From the human T2T-CHM13v2.0 reference genome, Homo sapiens, in the NCBI RefSeq assembly GCF_009914755.1, contig NC_060931.1: a DNA stretch of 64,000 nucleotides, one strand, 5' to 3'. The notes under the pieces were generated by a model that was given only the letters and a program-made list of their open reading frames with translations, was not told the origin of the DNA and searched no databases. Every line of letters begins with the position of its first letter. Position 1 is the stretch's first letter. The position numbers and the translations under genes are program-made. Positions 1 to 14,416 of this stretch are shown here, piece after piece.

Positions 1-1429
1 TTTTAAGTTGTAATCTTGACTATGGACATTGGAAAGACTTAAATAACATTTCGCAGACCACTGGATGGCTTTTTAGTTCAACAACTTTAATTAAAAACCT
101 GAAGACATAAATCAACTTAATGTTATCTTAAGGAACTTAGTTAAAAACAGGTTGACAGAGGGAACATTCTATTAAAAATGTGATCCTAAGACTTAGTGTG
201 CTTTTCCAAGAAATCTGTTGATCTTGGCTGTAAGAAATTTCAAGTCCTAAAAGAGGAGTAATACTTAGACAAAGACCAAGTGTATACTTTAATACAAAGA
301 TAATTTAAACCTCTTTCAGATTGTATTTCTTAAAACTGCAAAATTTGCTTGCTTCATTAAAAACGAGGCCTTTCAGACTGAATAATATAGTGAATTTACC
401 ATTAGCAAAAGTGACACTGAAATAGTCATTTTCACATATTTACAAAACTTAAGCCTATATTTAAGAAGACTGGAAAGGAAACAATTTTATACAATCAAGA
501 TAGTATAGGAGTTCTAAAATTAGTTCAGATGGAGGGACACTGTGTTCTTTGATAATAACATAAAATAGTTATCATAAAATTCAGTATCTAATGATGAATT
601 ATGGGCCTTAATGAAATACTGTTATAGAGTAGATTATATTATAAACCCATAGGCAACAAGTTTTTAAGAAAAATGTATGAAAAATACTTAATTGAGAAAC
701 CTCTAACATTAAAATATTTTGCTTTTTCTGCTGGAATACTAAAGAGCCAGCTTGCAGAGCATTGATGTTTCAAAAGAGAAAAAGTTCATCAGAGAAAAAA
801 ATAGATGCCTATTATTGGCTGTTGCTCTAATAAGCTTTTATTAGAAAATAGGTTGGCAATTAGTTCTGCGAAATTGAGCACATAGCTTTGAACTTGATGG
901 TTCTGCTCTGTCTCTCAGTCTGATAAATATATATGAGTATATATATTTTTCATCATTGGCAACAAAATATCACTTTGGTCAGTACTTTCCTTAAGGGCTT
1001 GGAAATAAAACAGTGCATTTATTAAATTCCTTAGGGACCATGACCTTCAGGATATCTCTTCAAACTCTCACGGTTTTAGGAGCAGACACTTGGCATCTTA
1101 AAGGTTTTTAAAACAGAACCCCAATATCATGAAAAAAGAAATAGAAGACATGTAGATTTGGAAAATCAACTCGTTTCACTAATACCTGAATATTAAGAAG
1201 GGAGTATATGCTTTGAAAAACTTTTCCAGAGCATTCACTCTAATCGTAAAGATCAGTGTGGATCACCATGCTGTGTAAAGTTAAAAAACATCGCACTGGG
1301 TGTTTGAGAACAGGCACTTAGAGTTGCAATCAAAATGAAAACAAATTAGTGCAATTAATTTATTGATTTATAATATCCTTTTCCTTTGTGGTGATTATTT
1401 AAAATATTATGGTCTCATAAATAACTGGT

Positions 1430-2040
1430 TTGAACTGCTCTCATTTCTGTCTTAGATTATTGCAAGAGCTTTTTATAGTCTTCCTGCTTCTCTCTTGTGT
1501 CTTTTCCCTTAAAGGCTTGCCTCAACACAGCAGCCAGAGGAATCCAGTTAAGCCCATGGCAGACAATGTCATTCTTCTTTCAAAGCCCACCACATCTTTC
1601 CCATCTCATTTACAGTGAAAGCCTGAGTACCTATAAGCCCCAACAAGACCCTCACTCTTTCTTCTCTGGCTCCTTTTACCTAGTCACTGACCTCTTCAAA
1701 GGTCTTTAGAGACAGCAGACATGCTCTGCCACAGGGCCTTTGCACCTGCTTTCCCTCATACTTCCCCAGACATCCTCCAGGCTGACTCCTCTTATCCTTG
1801 GGATCAGTGAGGCTTGTTACCATCTAGGAACAAATCCTGCCTTATTTATTTTTCTTTGTTATCATAATTTGCAACATACTGAATATTTATTTACTGTTCT
1901 TATTTATTATCTCCCTCCCCTACAAGAATTTAAACTCAGTGAGGGCAGAGGCTCTTGTTTGTTTTGCTCACTATTGTATTGTTAATACTTAGAAGGGAGC
2001 CTGGTACATAGAAGATGCTCAATAAACATTTTCTGAATTC
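1430..2040 (+). mobile_element. L2 LINE 3' fragment
   Basis: Ends in an L2-type tail ATGCTCAATAAACATTTTCTGAAT; has GGGCCTTTGCACCTGCT and GAGGGCAGAGGCTCTTG-like L2 motifs. 5' boundary approximate. Confidence 0.65.
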
Positions 2041-2082
2041 TTATAAGAATGAACACTAAGTGCCTCTGCCTTCATCATACAA

Positions 2083-2540
2083 TGTCAGTGTTCCAAAGAC
2101 CACCAGGAGCACACCTGCAGTTAAATTAGTTTACTTTATCAGTTATTGTGGGAAGGGAGGGTGCACACCATGGGAAGCCATGGGGTGTCTCAGTAAGAGG
2201 GTATTAGGAGGAAACTATCATATGATTTAGGTTTTGGCTGAGTGACTTGGTGAAGAGTCTAAGAAGGCAGGGATTTTCTCTAGATTAGATGTTGTCAGAA
2301 AGCAGAGGCGTTCCTGTGATTGGGTAAAGAATAGCAGTCATTCATTCAGCAAGAGAGAGGGATGTTTGGTATTTTGTGGGTTGCACAGTGACCTTCTTTT
2401 CTGATCTTAGACAATATTTAAAAGTGGCCTGGCTTTGTCTCATTTTATTATGGTCTGAGAGTAAACTTGTCCAGACTGGTATTCTGTGACATTGTTTAAG
2501 AGAAGCATTATGCAGCCTAGCTGTGAGTGTAGTACTCACA
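2083..2540. mobile_element. Old LTR-like element, family uncertain (ERVL/ERV1 class)
   Basis: TG...CA-bounded block resembling ancient LTR consensus text (CACACCATGGG...GGGGTGTCTCAGTAAGAGGG). Recognised by eye only. Confidence 0.4.
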
Positions 2541-4514
2541 GTTTCTGAATGCCAAGGGTTGCTCTTTTTTTTCTTTTAATTTATCACAAGCAAGTAAGCT
2601 TCTTTGGGGAAGGAGTGAGAAGGGAGATAGGAATAAGTAGGGGATAGGAGATAGAGGCTTTTTTGCAGACTCTTGTAGCTGTACATGGTGGTCCTGTCTC
2701 CCTCAAAAGAACATCCCTCCTGCCACCTTCTTCACTGTCTCCTTCACTGTCAGGAGGAAGGGGCAGTGATGAGGTGAGGTGCTTGAGCCGACCTGAAATA
2801 GGCCCTGTCTGTTTGCTGCTTTTGCCACATTTGTCTCTGGTCAGGGTAAGAAGATTAGAACTATGAAACCAAGGTCAACATAGTAGCAGCTAAACCTTCC
2901 TCACTTCCTTCTACTAGAGGAGGGGTCAGGAGAAAGCTACTTCCCTTTACCTATGGCTTTAATGAGTATGTCATTTCATTGAAAATCATTTGTTCAGGGG
3001 CCTTTAAAATGTCTTCACAGAAGTTTCCTTGTTGAAGGAAAGGAACTAGTCCTTCCTATATATTCCCAGAACAGACCTTACTTCTAAGGAGAGAAACCTG
3101 GGCATTAAAATTTAAGGGACAAGTCCAGGTTAAATTCCTCATTCACTTCTACCTCCAATATCTTGCTAACTCTTTCTAAACATTGTCATTTAGAGGTTTG
3201 TTTACAGGAGCACATTTGCCTAGGCGGATTATGGAAGGGGGAAGGGAGAAAGAAAAGGAAGGTTGCTATTGCTGGTGATATGGTTAACTGTGGATAATTG
3301 CACAGGTTGCTATGCTACAAGAACTAGTCAAGATAAGGCAGAGCTCAGCGGTGGGGATTTTAATGGCATAGGTGGGGTGAGGGAAAGAGGTCTAGGGAAG
3401 CTCTGAAGCAAAGGGCACTTTTGGAAGGGCAGGCTTGGGGAGGTTCCTTGGTGAAGGAAGGACAAGAGAAACAGAGATTGCATGGTGGGACAGGGAAGGG
3501 AAAACAGTGTCTGAGAGGGGTCACGTGAGGGGATCTCCTCCCAACAAGCCATATTTAACTAGGAGGGCACACCAGTGCCCTGACCTGGCTGTATAGGAAG
3601 CAGAAACCTGACATACAGCAAGCAGAAGACACGGGCACAGGATTTTACTTATTTATTTTGTCTTTTTTGGTCGTGCACCCACACATTTTATCAGGAGCTA
3701 TGTCTACCATCTGCCATGTAAGGTGCACCTCCAGTTCACCAGAACAAACAGTTCACCAGTTCTCTTTCAACTACAGTGTCTTCCCTGAGACACTGAGAAC
3801 AATAATAACATTCCAAGATAGGAGAAGAGAATCACTTGGTAACTTTGTAATAAATGAACCAGGATGTTCTATGGTGGTGATGAGGGAGCCGACCAAAGGG
3901 GAAACAATAGTCAGTGGAAAACTATGTTTTGAATGAGACCAAAGCAGGAAGTATCTGGCAGGGTAGATTTTTCTTTTTTTGGTACACAAATATAGTCTTT
4001 TCTAATGTAACTCAATTTTAAATTTAAAGAAAAGCTTCTTCCCCCTTCTATTAATGAATGCATATGTAAATCTATTTTTCTTACCTGGAGGCAAAATATA
4101 ATAAAAAATCAAAGAGAAGGGGAAGTTTTGAGTACCACAATTTTTCTTACTCATAAAATTAGATTCCCTTGAAAATACTATTCTCTTCAAATCATAATTT
4201 AGAGCTACAGTATGATATATTTCATGCTACTAAGTGGGGTAATCTTATTCAGCTTTGTGCATGGAGGAGTATATTCAATAAATGAAAATATCTACCTCTA
4301 TAGCTCCTAAATACTGGTGTTTTGTGTTTATCCATTTACTTAGGCCTTCTTAAATGTCTTTGGAGGAAGTTTTGTGAATTACTTAAAATTTTTTTACAGC
4401 AGTGTCCAAGGCCTGAGAAATACCATGAGGTTTGGCTGGTGACACCTGGTGGTTAGACGTGATAATTACACACAACATGTAGCACAGGCTTTACTACAAG
4501 CCACAAAAGCACCT

Positions 4515-4876
4515 TGTATTGGTCCATTCTCACACTGCTAATGAAAACATTCCTGAGACTGGGTAATTTATAAAGAAAAAGAGAGTTAATGGACTCACAG
4601 ATCCACATGGTTGGGGACCCCTCACAATCATGGCAGAAGGTGAAGGAGGAGCAAAATCACATCTTACATGGTGGCTGGCAAGAGAGCATGCTCAGGGGAA
4701 CCACCCTTTATAAAACCATCAGATGGCATGAGACTTATTCATTATCACAAGAACAGCATGGGAAATCTCGCCCTTGTGATACAATTACCTGCCACCACGT
4801 CCCTCCTATGACAGGGAGAATAGGGGAGCTACAATTCAAGATGAGATTTGGCTGGAGACACAGCCAAACCATATCA
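4515..4876 (-). mobile_element. THE1-type MaLR solo LTR
   Basis: TGTATTGGTCCATTCTCACACTGCT ... CAGCCAAACCATATCA is the reverse complement of THE1 LTR termini; about 360 bp. Confidence 0.9.
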
Positions 4877-5523
4877 CTTCTCTATAAATCAGAGTTCCTG
4901 GTTGTAAGCAACCAAAACAAACCTTGCTTACTTGAGCAGAAAGGCGGTGTCCCTTGAGGACAATATCTCCACTTAACAGTAACATTATGGGCATCAGGTT
5001 CAGAATCTGGATGCCCCAGCTTGCTGCTCCTTGACACTGGAATTTACGTCACCACTGGCAATGTCACCTCAGCCTCCTTGAATCTCAATATCCAAATTCA
5101 AAGCCTAGATTAGGATGCATCTAATTGGACTGACGACAGTCATAGACCAATACCAAACCTGCAAGGAAGGCTGGGACATTTTGGCTTATTTAATGAAATA
5201 TGGGCTTTGCCTTCCAAGATACTTATGGTGCAGAATTGACTACTGAGGAAAGGGGTCTGTATCCGGAGCACACAGCCAAAGGACAAATGTCTACTGGACA
5301 CCTTAATCTCACTAGGCATCAGGCATAACCACAATGCATTTTCATCTTAATGACACACAAGACTGCAAACGTTTTATGCCATCAAACCCTTTGATGAGCT
5401 TTTACAAAAATAATTTCATAGTAGTTTTACAAAGAGATGACTAAAAAATAACTTGACAAAGTAGCCACTATCGTCTTCCCTCTTCTACTATCCAAACACC
5501 TACCTATCTTCTCTTTCTCTCTC

Positions 5524-5817
<294 letters not shown>

Positions 5818-5859
5818 TCTATCTTCTCTTTTAACTCCAGTGTCTTCCCTGAGACATTC

Positions 5860-6352
5860 TGTTACACCAGGGGTTTCGTCTAGGTCCTGTTGCTTGCTGC
5901 AGAGAAAGCCAATCACTGAGTCAAGGAGTATTGCTGGGGAAGAAGGCCTTATTTGGGTGCTGCAGCCAAGGAGAATAAAGGATCAGTCTGGAATCCATCT
6001 CCCCAAGCAACTAAAATTTGGGGTCTATAAAGTAGGGAAGAAAAGTAACTATGTGTGGGAAAACAGGAATTAAGGAAGGGTAAGAAAGAGGACTTGGTCA
6101 ACAGGCAAGTGGTCAGTTAGGCAATCATGATGAGTGAGGCATCTGGTGTCTCATTGTTTAGATGTGATAATCTGGTAAGTTTCAGTTCCTTGAAACATTC
6201 TGGGAGGCTTGATGGTTGGTTTACCGAGAAAGGAACCCAGATAAGACAAATATAACTTTCTTAAGTTTTACCCTGGGAGGGTCAATTTCTAAGTTTATTC
6301 AGAAGAAACCCAAAACATCTATTCTTTGGGATAGTTGGGCTGGTTTTAATTT
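5860..6352 (-). mobile_element. ERV1 solo LTR (MER57-like)
   Basis: TGTTACACCAGGGGTTTCGTCTAGGTCCTG... resembles the reverse end of MER57-group LTRs. Subfamily uncertain. Confidence 0.55.
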
Positions 6353-6489
6353 CTTGCCACTCAAATCACTTTCCTTTCCATTCCTACCTACTGCTTACTC
6401 CAAGAAGTAATTGCTCCAATAAATTATCATGTAGTACTTGTTATGCATTTTTATTATTTAAATTTTACATCACCTTGCCTTCCATATAA

Positions 6490-6665
6490 AGTGACATCAG
6501 GCAAGCCTTTTCATCTCTCTAAGCCTCAGTTTCCCCATTTGTAAAATGGAAATGTAATTATAAGCCTTATGTAGTTATTACAAGTTTAAAAAAAATATTT
6601 ACAAAGCAGTTAAGCACAATGCCTGGGATTTGATGAGTTTTGCAAAATGATGGTAAATATTATTT
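6490..6665 (+). mobile_element. MIR SINE
   Basis: MIR core CTCTCTAAGCCTCAGTTTCCCCATTTGTAAAATGG. Confidence 0.75.
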
Positions 6666-7007
6666 CACATCTTTATCTGATCATGAACTCCTTAAAGGCA
6701 AGGACTACATCTTATTCATTTTGTTTTCTGGACATGGGGTCTGGTGCTCCATGAATGTTTGTTGAATTGCATTTCCTGCCCCTGAATAGAAGCTAGGTCT
6801 CTACATATGCTTCTATATCTCAATTTATTTATAGGCCTCTTTGAGACCTTTAAGTGATACACTTTACAAATAGTCATATATAATAATAATATCTATTTAT
6901 TATTTGAGTCTTTTTCCTCAAAACTATGACTAACAGAAAATTAAATCTCTCCACAGGTCTTCTAGAGTGCACTAAAGCAGAAGATAACGTAACATTTTTA
7001 TCTTACC

Positions 7008-7961
7008 GTGAAAGTATTATCTGAAGGACAGTTAAAGCTTTGTGTTGTTCAACCAGTACATCTCACTTCATGGCTCCTTATATTTTTTATTCTAAAGTCT
7101 ATCTCTTGTCTAAAACCTGCTCGACTTCCAATTTATCAAAGGAAACCTTTTATAGCTGCTTGGAATGCTCCAACAGATCAGTGTTTGATAAAATATAATT
7201 TAAGACTAAATTTGAAAATGTTTCCTGTGATTGGAAGCCCACTGGCCAAGGCCAGGGGGCAAAATGTCACTATATTTTATGTCAACAGATTGGGATACTA
7301 TCCGTGGTATACATCACAAGGGGTCCCCATTAATGGAGGTCTCCCACAGAACATAAGTTTACAAGTACATCTGGAAAAAGCTGACCAAGATATTAATTAT
7401 TACATCCCTGCTGAAGATTTCAGTGGACTTGCTGTTATAGATTGGGAATATTGGCGACCACAGTGGGCCCGGAACTGGAACTCAAAAGATGTTTACAGAC
7501 AGAAGTCAAGAAAGCTTATTTCCGATATGGGAAAGAATGTATCAGCTACCGATATTGAATATTTAGCCAAAGTGACCTTTGAAGAAAGTGCAAAAGCTTT
7601 CATGAAGGAAACCATCAAATTGGGAATTAAGAGCCGACCCAAAGGCCTTTGGGGTTATTATTTATATCCTGATTGCCACAATTATAACGTTTATGCCCCA
7701 AACTACTCTGGGTCATGCCCAGAAGACGAAGTCTTGAGGAACAATGAGCTCTCTTGGCTCTGGAACAGCAGTGCTGCTTTATATCCTTCTATCGGTGTCT
7801 GGAAATCCCTTGGAGACAGTGAAAACATTTTGCGCTTCTCCAAATTTCGGGTGCATGAATCCATGAGGATCTCCACCATGACATCTCATGATTATGCTCT
7901 GCCTGTATTTGTCTACACAAGGCTAGGGTACAGAGATGAACCTTTATTTTTCCTTTCTAAG
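7008..7961 (+). CDS. HYAL4: HYAL4 first coding exon (aa 1-318); exon starts at 6957 with 51 nt of 5'UTR; initiator codon reads GTG here
   Basis: Translation MKVLSEGQLK...AVIDWEYWRPQW...LWGYYLYPDCHNY...PLFFLSK is the GH56 hyaluronidase HYAL4 (catalytic D145-W-E147, E codon 7446-7448). Acceptor CCACAG ends at 6956 with branch-point-like GACTAAC at 6928-6934. Donor AAG|GTAAGA at 7961/7962. 954 nt, phase 0. Confidence 0.97.
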
Positions 7962-8365
7962 GTAAGAAGCTTCTTGTCCAATGGTGGGGGATTTCCTCCT
8001 TATCTCTAAAAGGACATTTCTTTGTTAATTATGTTCTTTGAAGAATTGATTTCAATTAATGGTTTGTTATATGGGAGCATAATTCTTCCTTGACTAGTCA
8101 TGCATTTAGACTCTTCATTTATGGAAACTGAATTTTGATTATCTTACTCATTATTATTCTCTTAAGGAACAAAGTAAGGTGAGAAAGGGTTAAAGTAGAT
8201 ACCAGCAACGACTACATTTCCTGCACACCAACTTTAACTGTACTCACTTACAATCGGGCATTTTGGAAGGTTATTGAAATGATCGGCAGTGAGCAGGTTA
8301 GACAATCAAAAAGGATGTTTTGAAATGGAGTGTTTGCTCATACATGTGGAAGCAGAATTGTCTAG

Positions 8366-8723
<358 letters not shown>

Positions 8724-9215
8724 TAATCTTTGGATTTGGATAATTTTGTGTAACCTTTCTACATTGAGAAGACTCAGGACTTGTGGAGGGCTTCACATGT
8801 GTGATGCAGTGATGTTTTAAGGTATTGCTGGATACCAGTGGTTTAATATATTTTAACAGAGGCATTTTTCCTTTCTCCACCATTACAAATTTCAACTCAC
8901 CAATATCTGTTAAAGACGTTCTGAGTTCTAGGCATCCTAAGGAGGAGGCATAGAAAACACCCAGGTGAGGGCTCTACAGTGACCAGGTATCTTTGGAACA
9001 TAAATGGAATGTATTCATCAGAGGGAGAAATGATGCATGTGTATGAAATATGGTAAATACCATACCTCCAACATCACTCATGAGGTGAAGGAGGAAGGAA
9101 AAAAAGTCTCTGTTGTGAACTTCTATTCATACCACCCAGAAAAATCAGTGAAAAATAATTGAATGAAGAATAATAGGAAGTCAGTACCGTCTGAAAGGTT
9201 TTAAAAAGTTATCTA

Positions 9216-9514
9216 GGCCGGGTGCAGTGGCTCACACCTGTAATCCCAGCTCTTTGGGAGGTTGAGGCAGGTGGATCACAAGGTCAGGAGTTTAAGACCA
9301 GCCTGACCAAGATAGTGAAACCTCATCTCTACTAAAAATACAAAAATTAGCTAGGTGTGGTGGTGGGTACCTGTAATCCCAGCTACTCAGGAGTCTGAGA
9401 AGAGAATTGCTTGAACTCGGGAGGCAGAGGTTGCAGTGAGCCGAGATTGTGCCACTGCACTCCAGCCTGGGCGACAGAGCGAAACTCCATCTCAAAAAAA
9501 AAAAAAAAGAAAGA
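9216..9514 (+). mobile_element. Alu (AluS)
   Basis: GGCCGGGTGCAGTGG start, A-tail, TSD about AAAGTTA(T/C)(C/G)TA. Confidence 0.93.
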
Positions 9515-9881
9515 AAGTTACGTAAATCTTTATAAAATAATCTTGACTCTGGAATGGAATCAAAATTTAAATACCAGTTTCTTTTGTAAGACGTCTTTTC
9601 TATATTTGACTCAACCAAGTTCCTTTCTTTAGTGATAATAAATTGACTTTTGGAAGAAACAATAAACTCTGAGGGACAAAACGTTCATTTCAAAAGATGA
9701 ATTTAGACTACTGGGACATTCTGCACATTCTGTGAACCTGGTATAAGCTTCTTTTTCTATAGCTACAGCCACGGAAATGCTTTCTTTCCTCAGGAAAAAA
9801 GGAGCAACAGTTTGGGTTTCATCTCATTCTGCACTCTTTTTTTCCGAGTGGCAAGCTATTTCCAAGTGTTTTAAACTATAA

Positions 9882-10225
<344 letters not shown>

Positions 10226-10721
10226 CCGCCCATAATTTTTTAAAAGCCTGATATTCATTTGTACCAAACTCTTAATGACCATTAATGGCTTCCATTTCTG
10301 ATTTTCCCAACAATGTCTGAATTTTAGAATGCACACACACATACAGTTAAGATTACAAAAAAGATTCACTAGTAAGTAGCAAATCTCTTAACCTCCCTGG
10401 ACTTAGTGTCTTAGTGTCTTCATGTACAAAATGGGACAATATTACCTGCCCCACTGACCTAGCAAAAGTATGATGTAAATCAAATGAGAACATGCATATG
10501 AAAACTTGAAGCTCTACAGAAACCTATGTGATATGGCTATTACTTTTTTAACAGCCATCAAAGCCTTAAACTTAAACATGGGATATTTAAGAGTGGTATC
10601 TCAGGCAATAGCTATAGCGTGGGGATATAGAGGCAGTCAAACCTCATTTCAGACAGAAGATTGCCTGCATTATTTACATATAAATGCAACCTAGACATAA
10701 CCTGATGCTGTGCTTTTAAAA

Positions 10722-11052
10722 CATTTATTATTTATTATTAGTTTTTCATTTTTATACATTTACAGGGTGCAAGTGCAGTTTTGTTACATGGACATATTGA
10801 GTAGTGGTGAATTCTGGGCTTCTAGTGTACCCATCACCCGAAAAATGTATATTTTACCCAACAGGTCATTTCTTATCCCTCACTCTCCTCCCACCCTTGC
10901 ACCTTTTGGAGTCTCCAATGTCTATTATTGCACTCTGTATGGCCATATTTACCCATCGTTTAGCTCCTACTTATCAGTAAAAACGTGATATTTTACTTTC
11001 TGTTTCTGAGTTATTTCACTTAAGGTAATGGCCTCCTGTTCCATCTGTGAGA
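10722..11052 (-). mobile_element. 5'-truncated L1 3' end (L1PB/L1MA-like)
   Basis: Reverse L1 3'UTR text (GTGCAGTTTTGTTACATGGA, GTACCCATCACCC); TSD TGTGCTTTTAAAA. Confidence 0.8.
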
Positions 11053-13104
11053 TGTGCTTTTAAAAATTAACAACAGGAGTTTCCTTGCCTATAGATTTAA
11101 AGATATTTATCCTTGTTATTAATTCATGCTGTCTCCGGTAAGGCACAAAGGCAGCTCATTAGTAATGCTCCAGCTCCCCACAGTGGGCACGTTGCTTACA
11201 TGCACTTTGATAAGCGTCAGGGACTGACACCGAAGTGTTGAGTGAATCCCCTGAGTAGCCCTACCCTCTACTTCTGAAACCTTGATTCAGGTCCAAGGAT
11301 CATGTGTAGGTGCAAAGCACCCTGTGCCACACTGGGACCTGGGAGGCTCATTTTCAGTACATCTACTTTGTTCCTTCTTTTTTCTGTAATGTGACAACAC
11401 CACTGTGGCTCAAGCTTTCAGGTGGTCCCAATCTGCTCCCAGAGGCACTTTATCTGTGACTTTCCTAGCTGGGTAGTGCCCTTGATTTTCTGATCCCCAA
11501 AACATAGCTGCTTTGTGATTCATTCAGCACCCTACTGTCTGTGAGGTGACAGTGAACTAATTTGGTGAGAAACTGATTTGAAAACTAATTTGGAAGAAAC
11601 TGACAGCAACCTCAGAAGGTGTGGCTTTCACCAGAAACATCTGACGCTTACATACTTACTATAGACCAATAATCTATAAATATAAAATGTAAATGTTATG
11701 TCCTTATTCTCCTTTGATGACAATGCCTTCATCAAAAGGAGAGCTGTTAGGGATTTCTGCCCTGATCATACCATGTGACTATATGACACCATTTTCAGGG
11801 AAGTTTCAAAGTGAGCGGAGTGAGGAGTTCTGCTCCCTTATGTCTTTGCCCAAAGAGGGAGTGGACGCAGACTCAGCAGAGTCTGCAGTCTTGGTACTGC
11901 AGGGATGGCTCCTCCTCTGTCCCTGTTCATCGTGCCATTGACAATTTTCAAAATCCTTTCATTTATACTATCTCATTTGAGCCTCTCAAAACCTCCTCTC
12001 CTTCCTTTCATGTCAGCTATGACCTGTTCAACAGATATTATAATCATAGGGAATGAAAATGGATGTTAACCTGAAAGGGAAATTAGTTTAAACCAAAATC
12101 TCTTTCCTTGTTGAAAGTCACAAGACAATTGCCCAGAAAAAAAAAAAAAAACTTTAAAAACTGATATTGTAAAACCTTTTTTTGAGTGTTAGACAATAAA
12201 AGTGTCAGATAAAGAGACTTATCTCTCAAGTATTAATATTAAGTGCCCAATGGCAAAATAGCATTTACAGTTCTGCTTTTATTTTCCACCAAATCACCTA
12301 ATAACATTTTCTAGCGTTTAATTGGTAGAAATTCACCCTTGGAGTAAAAGGTGAATGCTTAGTATCCTAAAGAGTGGGGTGAGGGAATGTGTTGTAATTT
12401 AATAAACTAGGAAACCAACTACATACATTCAAATCTTAATTTGCTCCAGAAAACGGCCTAGATCCCTGTTAATCTTTAAACATTAAAACAATAACCCTTT
12501 AAGATTATAAAATCAAAATTCTCTCTGCTAAAACCTTACCTTTGTCTGTCTTAACCATATTGCAGAAAATTCCAGCGACTTTACCATGACTGGATGAGTC
12601 ATAAATAAAACCCATTAGGTCAGGTACTTAGAAATTAAACACACATAATTTCAGGGACAAATATAAAAGCTGGACCAAATCAGAGCCTGCAAGCCCTTAA
12701 CGTTGCTTCTTTGCCTGGCCTTGGAATTGAAATGACTATGGGGATGAAGTGTCACTGGGGCATGTTGCAAAATGGAAAAGGAACCTGGTTAACAGGATCG
12801 CATTTGGAGAAGGAAAACTTTTGGATTCTGTTTCCAGGGCACATACATATGACCTGGTATGTGGGTATGTGCCCCCGATTTATTTCAATTAAATAATTTC
12901 TGATAACTATTTACAGCCTCATTGCCTTCAATATAATATCCTGCATGGCAAAATATGTTTTTCTTTAAAAATATTTATGTTTTTGCATATGATTACAGAG
13001 TGTGATTTTTGAGCATTGGTTTATTCAGCATTTGTGTCACTCTAAGAAAATAGAAAATAGTATCTAAGGAGTATATGAGCTCAGTACCAGCCCTGTTATA
13101 CTGA

Positions 13105-13437
<333 letters not shown>

Positions 13438-13493
13438 CCTGGTGGATTGTTTTACATTCAAATTAATAATGAACTCTACTGTCTTCAATCTAG

Positions 13494-13583
13494 CAAGATC
13501 TAGTCAGCACCATAGGAGAAAGTGCTGCCTTGGGAGCTGCAGGCATTGTTATTTGGGGAGACATGAATTTAACTGCATCCAAG
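13494..13583 (+). CDS. HYAL4: HYAL4 second coding exon (90 nt, [30 protein letters not shown])
   Basis: TAG|CAA acceptor at 13493/13494 and AAG|GTAAGT donor at 13583/13584. Encodes the 30-aa segment conserved in hyaluronidases. Phase 0/0. Confidence 0.97.
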
Positions 13584-14116
13584 GTAAGTCAGTATCTTGA
13601 AGGTATATTTAATGTTTTCTATTAAAAGTATTTCTCTGCTTTCTTGGAGAGCTTAATGACCTCCATAGCAAACCAGCTTTAGAATAAATATTCCAAATCA
13701 GTGCCTGATACATAGCAAAGGCTAAAAAATATTGTGAACTTTTATAAAGATAGTAATCATAACACTGACATTTGATGAATATTTATGATGCGCTAAGGTT
13801 GTGCTAAGAGATTTTTTGAGTCGGATTTGCTCACTTACTGGTCATATGAGGTAGTGACTATCATCCTCATTTACAGATGGTGAAACTAGAGAGGAAACCA
13901 ACTAGGTTAATAACTATTTAGGATAGTTAGTGGTAGAGTTGGCATTAGCCACAGTTTGATGATGGACACCTTGCATTTAATGACTATAGAAAATGTGTTA
14001 TATACTATTTTGAGAGGTAGAAACAGGTGGTAACTTTTTAATTCTCCACAATGAAGTTACTTTTTCCTCTACAGAGAAATCAGCTGAAAATTATCAGCAT
14101 TTAAAATAAGATTTAT

Positions 14117-14416
<300 letters not shown>

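Noticed and set aside
1-1400. AT-rich stretch at the window start
   Set aside because: Intronic to HYAL4 by context; no exon, RNA gene or repeat family could be supported by eye.
7962-8009. ORF-track extension VRSFLSNGGGFPPYL* of the 333-aa ORF
   Set aside because: Read-through past a consensus GTAAGA donor into the intron; the spliced frame continues at 13494.
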